From positions 1 to 47,292 of the IMG/VR virus record IMGVR_UViG_3300007643_000273: 47,292 bases of DNA, one strand, 5' to 3'. A program made the position numbers and the translations under genes. Below the pieces are notes generated by a model that searched no databases, had not been told where the DNA came from, and saw only the letters and a program-made list of their open reading frames with translations. How positions within the stretch are numbered: position 1 is the stretch's first letter; every line of letters starts with the position of its first letter. Below, piece after piece: positions 1-9,812 of this stretch. This DNA comes from a virus (Duplodnaviria; Caudoviricetes).

Positions 1-1284
1 ATGACGCTCACCAGAAGGCAATTCGGCATGGGACTCACTGCAACTTGCATTGCGTCTGCATTGGGTAATCAGCAAACATGCCGTGCGGAAACCACCGAAC
101 TTCCGCCGGTGCGGACGATCACTCGCGGACCGAAACATCATTGGTTTGGATATTACGACAAGTTGGAGTTCGATCCCACCGATCGATTTGTCCTCTCCAA
201 CGAAGTGAGTTTCGAACATCGTACCCCGACTGCCAAAGACAGCGTTCAAGTGGGAATGATCGACACACAGGATGGCGACAAGTGGATCGAAATAGGCACG
301 AGCAACGCCTGGGGATGGCAGCAAGGTTGCATGTTGCAGTGGCGACCAAAATCGAGCGAAGAAGTTGTTTGGAACGACCGAGATGGCGATCAGTATGTTT
401 GCAGAGTTCATAACGTCAAAACCAAAAAGACGCGAACGCTACCCCGGCCCATCTACAATTTGAGCAACGACGGACGTTGGGCAATTACTGCTGACTTTGC
501 TCGAATTCAACGGATGCGGCCAGGTTACGGTTATGTGGGTCTTCGAGATTCCCAACATGATGTGCGAGCCCCTCGTGATTCTGGCGTGTGGAAAATGAAC
601 CTAGATACTGGCGAATCAGAGCTAGTCTTTTCTTTAGCCGATGCAGCGGCGATCGAGCACAACGGGGAATCGTTGGCCGACCATTGGCATTATTTCAATC
701 ACCTGTTGATCAATCCCGACGACTCGCGATTCATTGTGTTGCATCGTTGGCGAAAGAACTCTGGCGAAGGTAGCGCCGCAGGGCCGACTGGCGGTTTTAC
801 CACGCGAATGTTTACCGTGGCGATGGACGGCTCGCGCCGCACGATTCTCGATCCTTCTGGCTACACATCTCACTTTATCTGGCGTGACGCAACGCATGTT
901 TGTGCCTGGACCCAACCCATTGGCAAAAAGAGCGCCTTCTATCTCTTTAAAGATCAAAGCGACGAAGTTGCAATCGTGGGCGACGGAGTGATGAAGCTAA
1001 ATGGACACAATACGTACTTGCCCGGTCACGATAATGAGTGGATTCTGAACGACACCTACCCCGACCGCAAGACACGAGCGCAAACACCGTACTTGTATCA
1101 TGTGCCAAGTGGTCGAAGAGTCGATCTTGGACATTTCCGGTCTCCGCCCGAATACAAAGGCGAGTGGCGTTGCGACCTACATCCCCGCTCTAGCAACGAT
1201 GGAAAAACGATCGCCATCGATTCACCACACACCGGCATCGGACGCCAAGTCCATTTGATTGACGTCAGTAAGATCGTCGGCTGA
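1..1284 (+). CDS. Tat-exported beta-propeller protein (TolB/oligogalacturonate lyase-like), host gene
   Basis: N-terminal TRRQF twin-arginine motif plus hydrophobic stretch; WD/TolB-like blade motifs; C-terminal RCDLHPR...IDS motif; lies outside the att site. Confidence 0.7.
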   Translation: MTLTRRQFGMGLTATCIASALGNQQTCRAETTELPPVRTITRGPKHHWFGYYDKLEFDPTDRFVLSNEVSFEHRTPTAKDSVQVGMIDTQDGDKWIEIGTSNAWGWQQGCMLQWRPKSSEEVVWNDRDGDQYVCRVHNVKTKKTRTLPRPIYNLSNDGRWAITADFARIQRMRPGYGYVGLRDSQHDVRAPRDSGVWKMNLDTGESELVFSLADAAAIEHNGESLADHWHYFNHLLINPDDSRFIVLHRWRKNSGEGSAAGPTGGFTTRMFTVAMDGSRRTILDPSGYTSHFIWRDATHVCAWTQPIGKKSAFYLFKDQSDEVAIVGDGVMKLNGHNTYLPGHDNEWILNDTYPDRKTRAQTPYLYHVPSGRRVDLGHFRSPPEYKGEWRCDLHPRSSNDGKTIAIDSPHTGIGRQVHLIDVSKIVG

Positions 1285-1645
1285 TCGGTTCAGGATGCTG
1301 TGCGGGTTGCCGAATTCCGGTGGTTGCAAACAATTGCCACGTGCGCCCCTTTGGGCTGAGTGCTCGAAAGGGGCTCAATTCTCCTTCTTTACCAGTTCTC
1401 TCAATTGAGAAATGAGCGAATCAACAACAGAGTCGGCCATAATTGGTCTCCAATGCGAGAAATTAATTTGACATATAAAACGAGTTTATATGACAAAGAA
1501 GTATTACTCGCGTTACTCACTACCGTGGCCAGTTCTGTCAAACCTGACTCTTGGAACTGCAAAATCACTGTGCACAATTTGTGCGATAGCGAAATGGGGA
1601 TAACATAGGCCAAATTTAGAGATTTGGCCGGTTGCAGAATTGCAC

Positions 1646-1680
1646 AAAAAAAAGCCCGAATGACTAACAAATCATTGGGC
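1646..1680 (-). terminator. Rho-independent terminator-like hairpin downstream of the tRNA fragment
   Basis: Minus strand GCCCAATGA-loop-TCATTCGGGC followed by T8. Confidence 0.6.
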
Positions 1681-1699
1681 ATTGTAGTGTTTTGTGAAA

Positions 1700-1742
1700 G
1701 TGAGGATGCAGGGGTTCGAACCCTGGACCTACGGATTAAAAG
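1700..1742 (-). tRNA. 3' fragment of tRNA-Lys(UUU); prophage attachment-site core (not a full tRNA)
   Basis: Minus strand CTTTTAA (anticodon loop) TCCGT AGGTC CAGGG-TTCGAAC-CCCTG CATCCTC A; similarity stops at the anticodon loop and there is no D arm or 5' half. Confidence 0.85.
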
Positions 1743-1784
1743 AACGGCGTGCCGAATCATTGAACTTTGAAGTTCATTTGCCGC

Positions 1785-2513
1785 TCATCTGAGGGGGCGC
1801 AGCATCGTCAACCATGGTTTGAGCACTTCGTGAATTTCGCCGGTGCGTTCGTAGAGATCTTTCGCCTCGCGATATTCCGGCGGGCAGCCGCCATGTTCCA
1901 GTGCAATGCCTGCCATTCCCGGCTTTCGTTCGGTGTGAGTGGCATTGATGCGTGGGGCGACGTCGGCGAAACGCCAGGTTGCATTGTTGCTCGGTGTTAG
2001 ATTCAAACTTCTAAACAGTTCGGCTACCGTATCTCGGTTGATTTTTTCTACATCAAACCAGATGACTTGGCCCATCGCCGCCAACGCGTTGATCGTCGCA
2101 ACTGCCCCTTGAGCATGACCGTGCTTTCTCAACGCCGTGCAAATCGAGAGCACCGGATCGCGAACACCCGCCACGATTTTGAATTTATCACCAGCGTTTA
2201 CTAATTCGTCGTGCGCGTGGCTGTGAAGTAAATCACGTTGCGGGCGTCGCCTTCCCTGCTCAAGAAGGTTGTAGCCATGGTATTTGGCGACCTTAATCGC
2301 CGCCGTCTGTAGCCGCTCGGAGCGTTCCAACCGCCAACTTGCCATCGCCTGATTAAATTCGAACTCGCTAATCCGATCGTTGGCGAAGTCGTGGCAGCGG
2401 TCTCGCACCGGCTCCCCCTTCAAGCACAAGGGAACATCGGGCGAGGTTTCAAGCAGTCGCTTAATCGTATGCGTGCCAGTGTGCTGGGCGGTTGCTATGA
2501 GGATCGGTTTCAT
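1785..2513 (-). CDS. Sulfotransferase-fold (P-loop-like) protein
   Basis: IATAQHTGTHTI resembles the 5'-PSB loop; VRDPVLSICT resembles the 3'-PB motif; start overlaps the upstream stop codon. Confidence 0.55.
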   Translation of the reverse strand: MKPILIATAQHTGTHTIKRLLETSPDVPLCLKGEPVRDRCHDFANDRISEFEFNQAMASWRLERSERLQTAAIKVAKYHGYNLLEQGRRRPQRDLLHSHAHDELVNAGDKFKIVAGVRDPVLSICTALRKHGHAQGAVATINALAAMGQVIWFDVEKINRDTVAELFRSLNLTPSNNATWRFADVAPRINATHTERKPGMAGIALEHGGCPPEYREAKDLYERTGEIHEVLKPWLTMLRPLR

Positions 2514-3691
2514 TATTTCAATTCCACCATTACGGCATCGAGTTGCTCTGCGTCGAATTCTACGATGCGGCTGGCTTTGTCGTAATATCCGTAGCTAACT
2601 AGCCAGCGATCGCCGCCAGCGAGCAACGCGCCGCAAGGGAACACAACGTAGGGCGTTGACGCGCCGGGGCGATCTTTCTGGTCTGGTAGCAGAATTGGCG
2701 TTGGCGTCATTGCGAGCGGCTTAAACGGTGGCTCGGCGGCGAAGGTGTAACAACCGATCGAATAAAGGCGACCGGTCGCGGTTTCTGTTGTGCCGTGAAA
2801 GAAGCTATAGAAGCGATCGCCGACCAGGACCGGGGAAGCACCGCCGCGCAGAGTGCCGTGCGTCCAGGGTGATTGATATCTCTGCTCAATTTCCTCTACG
2901 ACGTTGTGCCCATCGAATCGCAGCACGCGGTGGGGGTGGATCGAATAGACCGCAAACAACTCGGCGGCGTGTTCGAAAAATCCCCAATTCTTTTCCCAAT
3001 GCTGGCGGCGTGAATACTTCGGCAGCCAGGTTTCGGCCACGTTGTAATTTTCCTCGAGCCTGGCCACTAGCACGTGGCTACGGATCTGGTTTTTCGGCAA
3101 TCGCTCAACGCCGATATATTCAACGTGCAAATTCCCGCCGAACTCAAAGAGCCGGGGATCTTCGCAGCCACCGGCGTTTTGTCGCATGCGCGGCATCTTA
3201 ATCCGGCGATTCCACTTCGCCCTATGGTTGCAATCGAGTTCGCTCAAATAAAGTTCCGCACCGTTCCAACCTTTGCGGTAGGCGAATAGGCGGCGGCCGC
3301 GATATTCTAAGATCGAGCAATTGGTAACGCTGGCCGGATCTGCCTTCAAGCCGCGAACGGGAGAATCGGCGATCGCAACGCCGTGCACCTGGCGAGCCGG
3401 TAAACCGACTTTCACCTGGTCGCAACGCTCACACCATTTCGAACCGCTGGGCGCTAAGCTGCATTCGCCGTGAACTCCACAAGCAAAGATTTTGACATAG
3501 ACTTCCCGCGGGCCACAGGTTTGACAACGCTCCGTTCGCAGCTCGGCCCCGCGATGCTCGCAGAGCTTAGGATCGCCGCCGGCCGCGCGTCGCTGCTTTG
3601 CTCTCCGCTCAAGACGTTTCGCCTTGCAACTCGGGCAACCTGGTTGCTGGGCGTTAGCGGGATGCTCGCAAGTTTGTATTACGTTTGCCAA
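2513..3691 (-). CDS. Cys-rich N-terminal domain fused to a GH130/GH43-like five-bladed beta-propeller glycosidase
   Basis: CPSC/CEHRG/CQTC/CGVHGEC/CERC N-terminus; NCSI, EDPRLF, EKNW, RGGA, VVFPCG and SYGYYD motifs. Confidence 0.7.
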   Translation of the reverse strand: MANVIQTCEHPANAQQPGCPSCKAKRLERRAKQRRAAGGDPKLCEHRGAELRTERCQTCGPREVYVKIFACGVHGECSLAPSGSKWCERCDQVKVGLPARQVHGVAIADSPVRGLKADPASVTNCSILEYRGRRLFAYRKGWNGAELYLSELDCNHRAKWNRRIKMPRMRQNAGGCEDPRLFEFGGNLHVEYIGVERLPKNQIRSHVLVARLEENYNVAETWLPKYSRRQHWEKNWGFFEHAAELFAVYSIHPHRVLRFDGHNVVEEIEQRYQSPWTHGTLRGGASPVLVGDRFYSFFHGTTETATGRLYSIGCYTFAAEPPFKPLAMTPTPILLPDQKDRPGASTPYVVFPCGALLAGGDRWLVSYGYYDKASRIVEFDAEQLDAVMVELK

Positions 3692-4209
3692 GTGAAACCC
3701 TGATAGGTGTAGCTACCGCCACCGTTATCGGTAATCGATACGCTGTCGCACGGCTCGCTGCCGTCGTCTGTTGTCGTCGGCGCGCCCTCGGTGTGGTGAA
3801 TCTGAGTTGTGCCATCGAATTCGTTGCACCACATATAACGTTGCCAAGCGGTTCCCGTGCCGTCATCGTCGCCGCCGGCATACCAGACGGTTGAGCCTTC
3901 GTAGGGGGTGTAGTCGGTTGTGAATGCGTGCCCTTGCAGGTGATCTGGCACTGTGTCAGCGGTGAACGCGGTCATGGGGTAATCAGTGCCATCGACCGTA
4001 ACCACAACCGAAGTTGCGGGAGTTGTCGAGCAACCGTCCGATTCCATGATCGAATCATCGCCGCCGCCGGCTTCATCGCCGCAACCGTCGATCTCTACGA
4101 TTGTTTCGCCGTGACCCTCGCCTTCCCATGCAATTTTGAATTGCCCGTTACCGAGATCGGTGATTGCCATCGCGAACACTCCTATCATCAACAGAATCGC
4201 TTTTAACAT
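3679..4209 (-). CDS. Hypothetical acidic virion/tail-associated protein (alternative start 4170)
   Basis: ORF in the tail operon; SD-like sequences precede both candidate starts. Confidence 0.6.
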   Translation of the reverse strand: MLKAILLMIGVFAMAITDLGNGQFKIAWEGEGHGETIVEIDGCGDEAGGGDDSIMESDGCSTTPATSVVVTVDGTDYPMTAFTADTVPDHLQGHAFTTDYTPYEGSTVWYAGGDDDGTGTAWQRYMWCNEFDGTTQIHHTEGAPTTTDDGSEPCDSVSITDNGGGSYTYQGFTWQT

Positions 4210-4561
4210 TGTCGTATTCCTCGAACGCGGTTAACAAATCACGCATGAACTTAGTGCGCGAGAAGGTCGGAACTTGTTTCTTAATTGCCGCACCGATCGC
4301 TTTAACAAGAGGCTTGTTCGTCGCCAGTTTCGCCCGCGAACGCTTAAGATCTTCGGCAGTTGGTTCGGTCCAATCGTATTCGGCTAAGAGTTCGTCGGCG
4401 TGCTTGCGATCTTTTTCGTTTTCAAGATCGATGCGATAACCCGGCCCATACCCCCCCATTCCTTTAACTGAAACACCAGCGTTTTCCAGGAACGTAATGC
4501 ATCGACTCAACGACGCAGTGTGCCTTAACTCGTCTTTGTCTTCTTTTTCGAAATCGTTCAT
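4148..4561 (-). CDS. Hypothetical protein downstream of the tail fibre (possible fibre assembly factor)
   Basis: Abuts the fibre stop codon; function inferred from position only. Confidence 0.55.
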   Translation of the reverse strand: MNDFEKEDKDELRHTASLSRCITFLENAGVSVKGMGGYGPGYRIDLENEKDRKHADELLAEYDWTEPTAEDLKRSRAKLATNKPLVKAIGAAIKKQVPTFSRTKFMRDLLTAFEEYDNVKSDSVDDRSVRDGNHRSR

Positions 4562-5566
4562 TTAACACCGCCACATTGTTGAAATTCCGCATCTCGAAAA
4601 AATCGTGTCGCCTGTAATTTTGGCGTGACTTCCTTCCATGACCCCGATCTTTTCGTAGCCGAATACGCCCGGTATAGGATTGCTGACCGAAGTACCAACC
4701 AACTCGGTGTCGTAGGTTTGAACGTACTGGAATCCGTATGCTGTGCCGGGAGGTCTTGAAGTTCCAGCGTATGCCGCGTCGCCAGCGTTTCCGCTTTGTA
4801 GTCTGACATATACAAGCGTGTCGCAGTCCTGATAATCTCCGCAAAGCAATTCAATGGCTACATTGGCGTCGTTGTTCCAATTTCTATACGTCGCCGAGTT
4901 GTACGCGTGGCTGTTGTTGTCGTGATACCAGCAAATTTTCTCTACTTGGTTATATCGATTCCAAACGAAACGACGCGATGCCGTGTTGCGTGTATTGTGG
5001 CCGCCGCTGTCCTCGGTAACGTTCGCTCCGCTCGCTCGGATCGTCCCTAGGTGCAAACGCGTTGTTGTCCCGCTCTTGACGTAAACACCGTCTTGCAGCA
5101 CGAGAGCATCGGCCCGCGTTGTGTCGTTGGTCCATGCGGCTGACAATTCGAGCGTGAGCGTTCCCGCGTCATCGTAGATAAAAACATCGTAGTTTTTTCC
5201 AGCGGTGATCGACAACGACAATGACAGTTCGGCGAACGTGTGAACCACCCAATCCGAACCGTCATAAATGCGAATGCGGTTGCCGTTGTGCAGAGTGAAG
5301 TAGAGCGTTCCAGCGGCGGTAACGTCGGATGAAGGAATCGACTCGCCGCTGGTCAGCGTTAGGCGGCCTTCAACGAGGTGGCCAACCTCATCAATCGCAT
5401 AGGGTAGTGAATTCCATGCGGTCGAGCCGTCTCCAAACTTCCATTTTCTGGTGTCGGTTTCAAAGCCAATTTCTCCGGCCGCAAGCGTTTTGTTATTAGC
5501 CGTCGCTATGGCAGCTGTCGCTCTGCGCACCTGGATCGACTTAGCTACGATCGTTTCATCTGCCAT
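4562..5566 (-). CDS. Tail fibre / receptor-binding protein
   Basis: N-terminal IQVRRAT...LAAGEIGFETDT..K.GDG.TAWNSLPY motif (Mtd/hyaluronidase N-terminal type); GRLTLTSG...YDVF domain. Confidence 0.75.
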   Translation of the reverse strand: MADETIVAKSIQVRRATAAIATANNKTLAAGEIGFETDTRKWKFGDGSTAWNSLPYAIDEVGHLVEGRLTLTSGESIPSSDVTAAGTLYFTLHNGNRIRIYDGSDWVVHTFAELSLSLSITAGKNYDVFIYDDAGTLTLELSAAWTNDTTRADALVLQDGVYVKSGTTTRLHLGTIRASGANVTEDSGGHNTRNTASRRFVWNRYNQVEKICWYHDNNSHAYNSATYRNWNNDANVAIELLCGDYQDCDTLVYVRLQSGNAGDAAYAGTSRPPGTAYGFQYVQTYDTELVGTSVSNPIPGVFGYEKIGVMEGSHAKITGDTIFSRCGISTMWRC

Positions 5567-6604
5567 TTAGAGCGAGCCTCCATCCAAAATATCACCTTCG
5601 TTTAACACACCATCATTATCGGGGTCGCTTGCTTCACCGCCGCCACTTCCGCCAGAGCTTTCGCCGCCGCCCGTTTCGACGCAGGAGGCGATTTCTAACG
5701 TTGATTCATTTTCTGCTTCTTGATATCGCGAATGGAATTCATAACGCGAGCCGCTCTTTTGCTTCCAGACCCACCACTGTTTTTTGCTCACACCGCTCCC
5801 GGTCGTGAGGTAGAAAACATCGCCATAGGTGCTAATGAGTTCGGGGTTATCTTCGGGGTGATTCAGCAGCTCGTTGGCGGGGAATTTCGTCATCGTGATG
5901 CCGTCTTGGCTGGCGGCATCAATCGGGTCATCGGTGCAAGGGCATTCAGGATCGCCGCAACTGTTGACGATGTTCGCCGAGTCGATAGATAGGCAGGTGT
6001 AATCGCAAGGATCGCTTGCCCAACTCGGCTCGGGGTCGCAGTTCGCACTTGCGGAGACGCCGCCGCTGCCGCTTACTCCATCGCAATCGCAACCGGCATC
6101 TTCGTAGCGAAGCGCGTCCGCCAATTTCTTGAGTGAGATTCGGATGAATCCCGGCGGACAACAGCCGTTTTCATCGGGCTTGGCGGTTTCGATGCCGGCA
6201 CAACATGCGTCCTCGCCTTCATAGCCGGAAGCGTTGGTTGCATCGTTGTCGCCGCTGCGAAGTATCCACCAGCGGCCATCGATCTCGGCAACAAATACTT
6301 CGGTGCCAACTGGCAAATACTGTTGAAAGAGATCGTGAGCGAATGCCTGGTTGCTGGCAGATCGCTCGGTCAAACTTGCATTTTGATTGCCCGCCTCTTG
6401 CTCGAATTCGCCATCGAGAAACACAATGGCGTAAGTGTCGGCCGGTTCATTGGGGTAATCATCACTAACGGTGACCGTGCGGCCGAGTCGCATACTACCG
6501 CGACGATTGACTCGAGCTAGTTGCAAACCGACAAGCAGCCTGGTCAGCTCGGCAACTCGAGCTTCCAGATCGTGTACTCGCAGATCGATCGTTGCTTTGG
6601 TCAT
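5567..6604 (-). CDS. Cys-rich minor tail protein
   Basis: Follows the putative hub gene; short N-terminal coiled coil; many Cys; ends EGDILDGG. Confidence 0.6.
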   Translation of the reverse strand: MTKATIDLRVHDLEARVAELTRLLVGLQLARVNRRGSMRLGRTVTVSDDYPNEPADTYAIVFLDGEFEQEAGNQNASLTERSASNQAFAHDLFQQYLPVGTEVFVAEIDGRWWILRSGDNDATNASGYEGEDACCAGIETAKPDENGCCPPGFIRISLKKLADALRYEDAGCDCDGVSGSGGVSASANCDPEPSWASDPCDYTCLSIDSANIVNSCGDPECPCTDDPIDAASQDGITMTKFPANELLNHPEDNPELISTYGDVFYLTTGSGVSKKQWWVWKQKSGSRYEFHSRYQEAENESTLEIASCVETGGGESSGGSGGGEASDPDNDGVLNEGDILDGGSL

Positions 6605-6605
6605 G

Positions 6606-8807
6606 TTAAAACGCTAGAGGATCGAGTTCGGCAAACGCCGTTTTATATTCAACGCGGGTTGAACCGGCCGGCTCTTCTAAGCCGCCGGTGAAGCTGACCG
6701 CCATCGATGTGAGACAGGACGCGACCTCGGTTACATCTGCTTTCGGAAGCTCGCCCTCTTGAATGGTGAGAATGTAATCGCCGATCGCTAGAAACGAGGT
6801 TGGTCGATCGACTCGCAGCGAGAGCGCGGTGCGTGTTGTTCCGTACCACTCGAAAGCGATGCGAGCGATGCCCTTGAGCTTGTCGGAATCATCGCGGAGA
6901 AAGCCGCCGTCATTGGAGACTCGCAACAGTTCGCCGGTCTCGGGATCGATGCCGACAATGGTGCCGCCAACAAGCCAATCTTGGCGATACGACGGGCCGG
7001 CATCGATTCGCAGATAGCGCGTGCGATCGTTCACCGCTAGCGGAAACTCCGGCCAAACTCCTTGACAATAACGGTCATCTTCCAGGGCGAGCGTTGCATA
7101 GGCGTCGTTGTAATCCCACTCCGCAATGCGGAGATCTTCGGGCAGCGGTTCGAAGTTTGTTTTCGCGAGAATGTGTTGCGGTTGGCCGGTCACTTTGAGG
7201 TTAAGCCCACCTTGTCGATCGACCGCGATCGCAGCCGACCAGGTGTATTCGTCGCCAAGCACATCGGCGGCCAGCTGCCCCACCTTGTCGGCCGGCAGCC
7301 ACGATGATTTGGTTGGCTCGGTTGGAAAGAGAACAAGCGGCGAAAGTTCGTTGTCGGCTGGCAGCGTTTCGTCGGCGACCGTAGGCGTTGAGATTTTCCC
7401 AGCGTCGGGATTGTCCGGATCGTCGCCGATATAATCGCGACCGGCGATGAGGGGGAGCGTTGGCAAAATTCGCAGCTCACCCAACATTCGCTTTCGCGCA
7501 ACGGTTGGATCGTCATCTTCTGGGAAGATCGGATTATTATCGCCGAAGCCGGCACCTGGCACGGTGATCTGGCCGGCGGCCGAGTCGATCGCAAACCGCG
7601 AATAAACCTGGGCATACTTTTCGGCGGCTCGAGCTTGCGCGTTTGCGATGCGGCGGAGATCGATTTCGGCGGCGTCAGGATAATCGGCACCCGCCGATGC
7701 GGCAGCTTCATAGCCCGTTTCACTTTCTGCGCTCCAGCCTTCGGCAGCGAGGCCGCCAATTCCTAGCAGCGTACTAAAGCAGCTCCGCCGCCGCGCTCCC
7801 TGCACGATGATCTGGTCGAACTCGTCTAGCGTGCTGCGCTTCACCACGGCGCGGCCGCCGGGGTCGCGGTTGATCTTAATCACTTTTTGCGAAGCGTTCG
7901 CCGCGATTGATTCACCTGGTTGTGATGGAATATCGATTGACACTTCCGCGAAAGAAAACGGGCGGATCGTGGCGATATCAGTGATCGGAAAACCGAGCAC
8001 CACAAGCGGTTGAATTTCGACCGACCAGCTCGCGAGGCGTTGACGCGGGATCAATTGGTTGAGCAGTCGGCGCACGCTGTGGCCATGCGCGTTGATTTCT
8101 GGTCGATCCCAATTCGTCAAAACATCGTCGCTATCGAACAATAGAAATTGCACGGTCGTATCGCCGGCGGTGTTCTTCGGCGAGTGATCGTAGAGAAGGT
8201 ATTCCACGATATCGCGAGAGGTCCAAAACTCGCCGGTTTTCTCGCCGCTGAAAATGTAACGGCCGTCAAACTTCTCTGCCGAGCGGTTACCAAAACCGCC
8301 TTCGTTAAAAATTGGGGCGTGATCGGTTCGCTCCGGTGCCGATGTGCTGGTGGAATGAAAGATCCCGGTGATTACCTGGCGATCGAGAAGCACTTCCAAA
8401 CCGTAAGCGGTGAAGGCTTGCACGCCGGAGGGAATCGTCGCGCCGTCGGCGGCGGCGGCGAAATCGGCGTGATTGCCATCGATCGCATTGATCTCAACGC
8501 CAAACACCCCATACCACTGGAGCGGGTCGGAGTCGAAGCATTCGACCGTAACGCGGACGAAATAGCGACCGTAGCCTGTTTGGGCGGCGATCGCGGTGAA
8601 GCTCGCAGCGGTCGGAAGTTTGCCGCGGCCGTAAACGTGCTCGAGGTTTGCGCTGGCGATGCCTGGTGCCGCTTGCCATTGGACGCTGCGACAATGCAAG
8701 TCGCTTACCGTTTCCCAATCGTCGGCCCAATTCTCTTTGACCGCAACGGTAGCGCCCAGCACGTTGAGCTGGCCGGCGCGTCCGAATTCAATCGTTTGAA
8801 TCGCCAT
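6606..8807 (-). CDS. Putative tail hub / baseplate protein (alternative TTG start 8834)
   Basis: ~730 aa ORF downstream of the tape measure gene; function inferred from position. Confidence 0.6.
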   Translation of the reverse strand: MAIQTIEFGRAGQLNVLGATVAVKENWADDWETVSDLHCRSVQWQAAPGIASANLEHVYGRGKLPTAASFTAIAAQTGYGRYFVRVTVECFDSDPLQWYGVFGVEINAIDGNHADFAAAADGATIPSGVQAFTAYGLEVLLDRQVITGIFHSTSTSAPERTDHAPIFNEGGFGNRSAEKFDGRYIFSGEKTGEFWTSRDIVEYLLYDHSPKNTAGDTTVQFLLFDSDDVLTNWDRPEINAHGHSVRRLLNQLIPRQRLASWSVEIQPLVVLGFPITDIATIRPFSFAEVSIDIPSQPGESIAANASQKVIKINRDPGGRAVVKRSTLDEFDQIIVQGARRRSCFSTLLGIGGLAAEGWSAESETGYEAAASAGADYPDAAEIDLRRIANAQARAAEKYAQVYSRFAIDSAAGQITVPGAGFGDNNPIFPEDDDPTVARKRMLGELRILPTLPLIAGRDYIGDDPDNPDAGKISTPTVADETLPADNELSPLVLFPTEPTKSSWLPADKVGQLAADVLGDEYTWSAAIAVDRQGGLNLKVTGQPQHILAKTNFEPLPEDLRIAEWDYNDAYATLALEDDRYCQGVWPEFPLAVNDRTRYLRIDAGPSYRQDWLVGGTIVGIDPETGELLRVSNDGGFLRDDSDKLKGIARIAFEWYGTTRTALSLRVDRPTSFLAIGDYILTIQEGELPKADVTEVASCLTSMAVSFTGGLEEPAGSTRVEYKTAFAELDPLAF

Positions 8808-8865
8808 TGGTTTAATTCTCTGGACTAGCTGCAATCGCTAATCCAGCATTTCGGGAAATCGTGGA

Positions 8866-9192
8866 TTAAAAATCGCCGAAGTATTGGCGGCTCGGCAAAA
8901 CGGTCATCGTCGGGGCACCGGCGGAGGTTTTGAATCGCACCGAACTAATGCCAGGGCCGACTTCGATGATGCGATCGCCTTTCAGCTTCGCTTTGTTGCC
9001 GCCTTCGCTGGCGTCGGCATCCACCGTACTGTAGTAAGCCAGATAGATCGTAGCGCTGTCGGGAGCGGCGGAAACATCTTCGCCGTCGTGAAGAAAGGTA
9101 TAACGCCGCTGGGTGCTGAGAGCGATAGTTTGCTCCGTCGTGCTGGCAGCCAACACGGCAGGAAGTTCGTCGAGTTCTGTAGGGTTCACCAT
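8866..9192 (-). CDS. Hypothetical virion protein
   Basis: Beta-rich small ORF in the tail operon. Confidence 0.6.
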   Translation of the reverse strand: MVNPTELDELPAVLAASTTEQTIALSTQRRYTFLHDGEDVSAAPDSATIYLAYYSTVDADASEGGNKAKLKGDRIIEVGPGISSVRFKTSAGAPTMTVLPSRQYFGDF

Positions 9193-9275
9193 AGTTTGGT
9201 AGCCTCAGTTTTGGTGGTTTCACGTTTTCAGTGCAAAGGTAACAAACGCGTTATCGTCGGCGTTGACGCCGTTTT

Positions 9276-9800
9276 TTAGGTGCCGCCGAAGTACAGCACA
9301 ACGTAAAGCAAGTCGCCGCTGGTGCCGCTAATGTCGATGGTTTTATCGGACGCGCCGACGGCATCGCGGCTGCTCGCCGCTCCGCTAATGATCGATTTGA
9401 GAACCTGCCCTGGCGAAAACACTAGGAGCCCGCTCGCACCAAAAAGATCGTAGCCGTTGGTAGCACCTGGCTCGATCGTGACGTCGCCGGTGTTGGTGGA
9501 AGGTGCGCTAATTTCAAACGCCACCAGTTTTTTCGCGCTCATATCTTCGGTGCGGCCGCCGGAGATCTCGGCGGCTGTGAGGTCGATGGTTACGATGCTG
9601 CCCGCCAATGTGACCAGTTTCACCGCTGGTGCCTTTTCAACCTTCGGCGTTGACGTCGCGTTGAGACTGCCGTTCGTTTTCAGGCTATTTACCGTAATGT
9701 CCCGATTGTTCGCCACCAAAGAGAAGGGAGCGTCATCGGCATCGAGCGTTTCGACGCCGACGAAAGAGAGGGTGAAATCAAGTTTGTTGGTGGATGCCAT
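9276..9800 (-). CDS. Hypothetical virion/tail protein
   Basis: Ser/Thr/Gly-rich beta-type ORF in the tail operon. Confidence 0.65.
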   Translation of the reverse strand: MASTNKLDFTLSFVGVETLDADDAPFSLVANNRDITVNSLKTNGSLNATSTPKVEKAPAVKLVTLAGSIVTIDLTAAEISGGRTEDMSAKKLVAFEISAPSTNTGDVTIEPGATNGYDLFGASGLLVFSPGQVLKSIISGAASSRDAVGASDKTIDISGTSGDLLYVVLYFGGT

Positions 9801-9812
9801 TGAGGTCGCTCG

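Noticed and set aside
1700-1742. Complete functional tRNA gene
   Set aside because: The 5' half, D arm and 5' anticodon stem are absent
1360-1760. Short ORFs 1360..1608 (+) and 1401..1760 (-)
   Set aside because: No motifs; the minus ORF runs through the tRNA fragment and terminator
4562-5566. Diversity-generating retroelement targeting the tail fibre
   Set aside because: No reverse transcriptase and no template/variable repeat pair seen in the window
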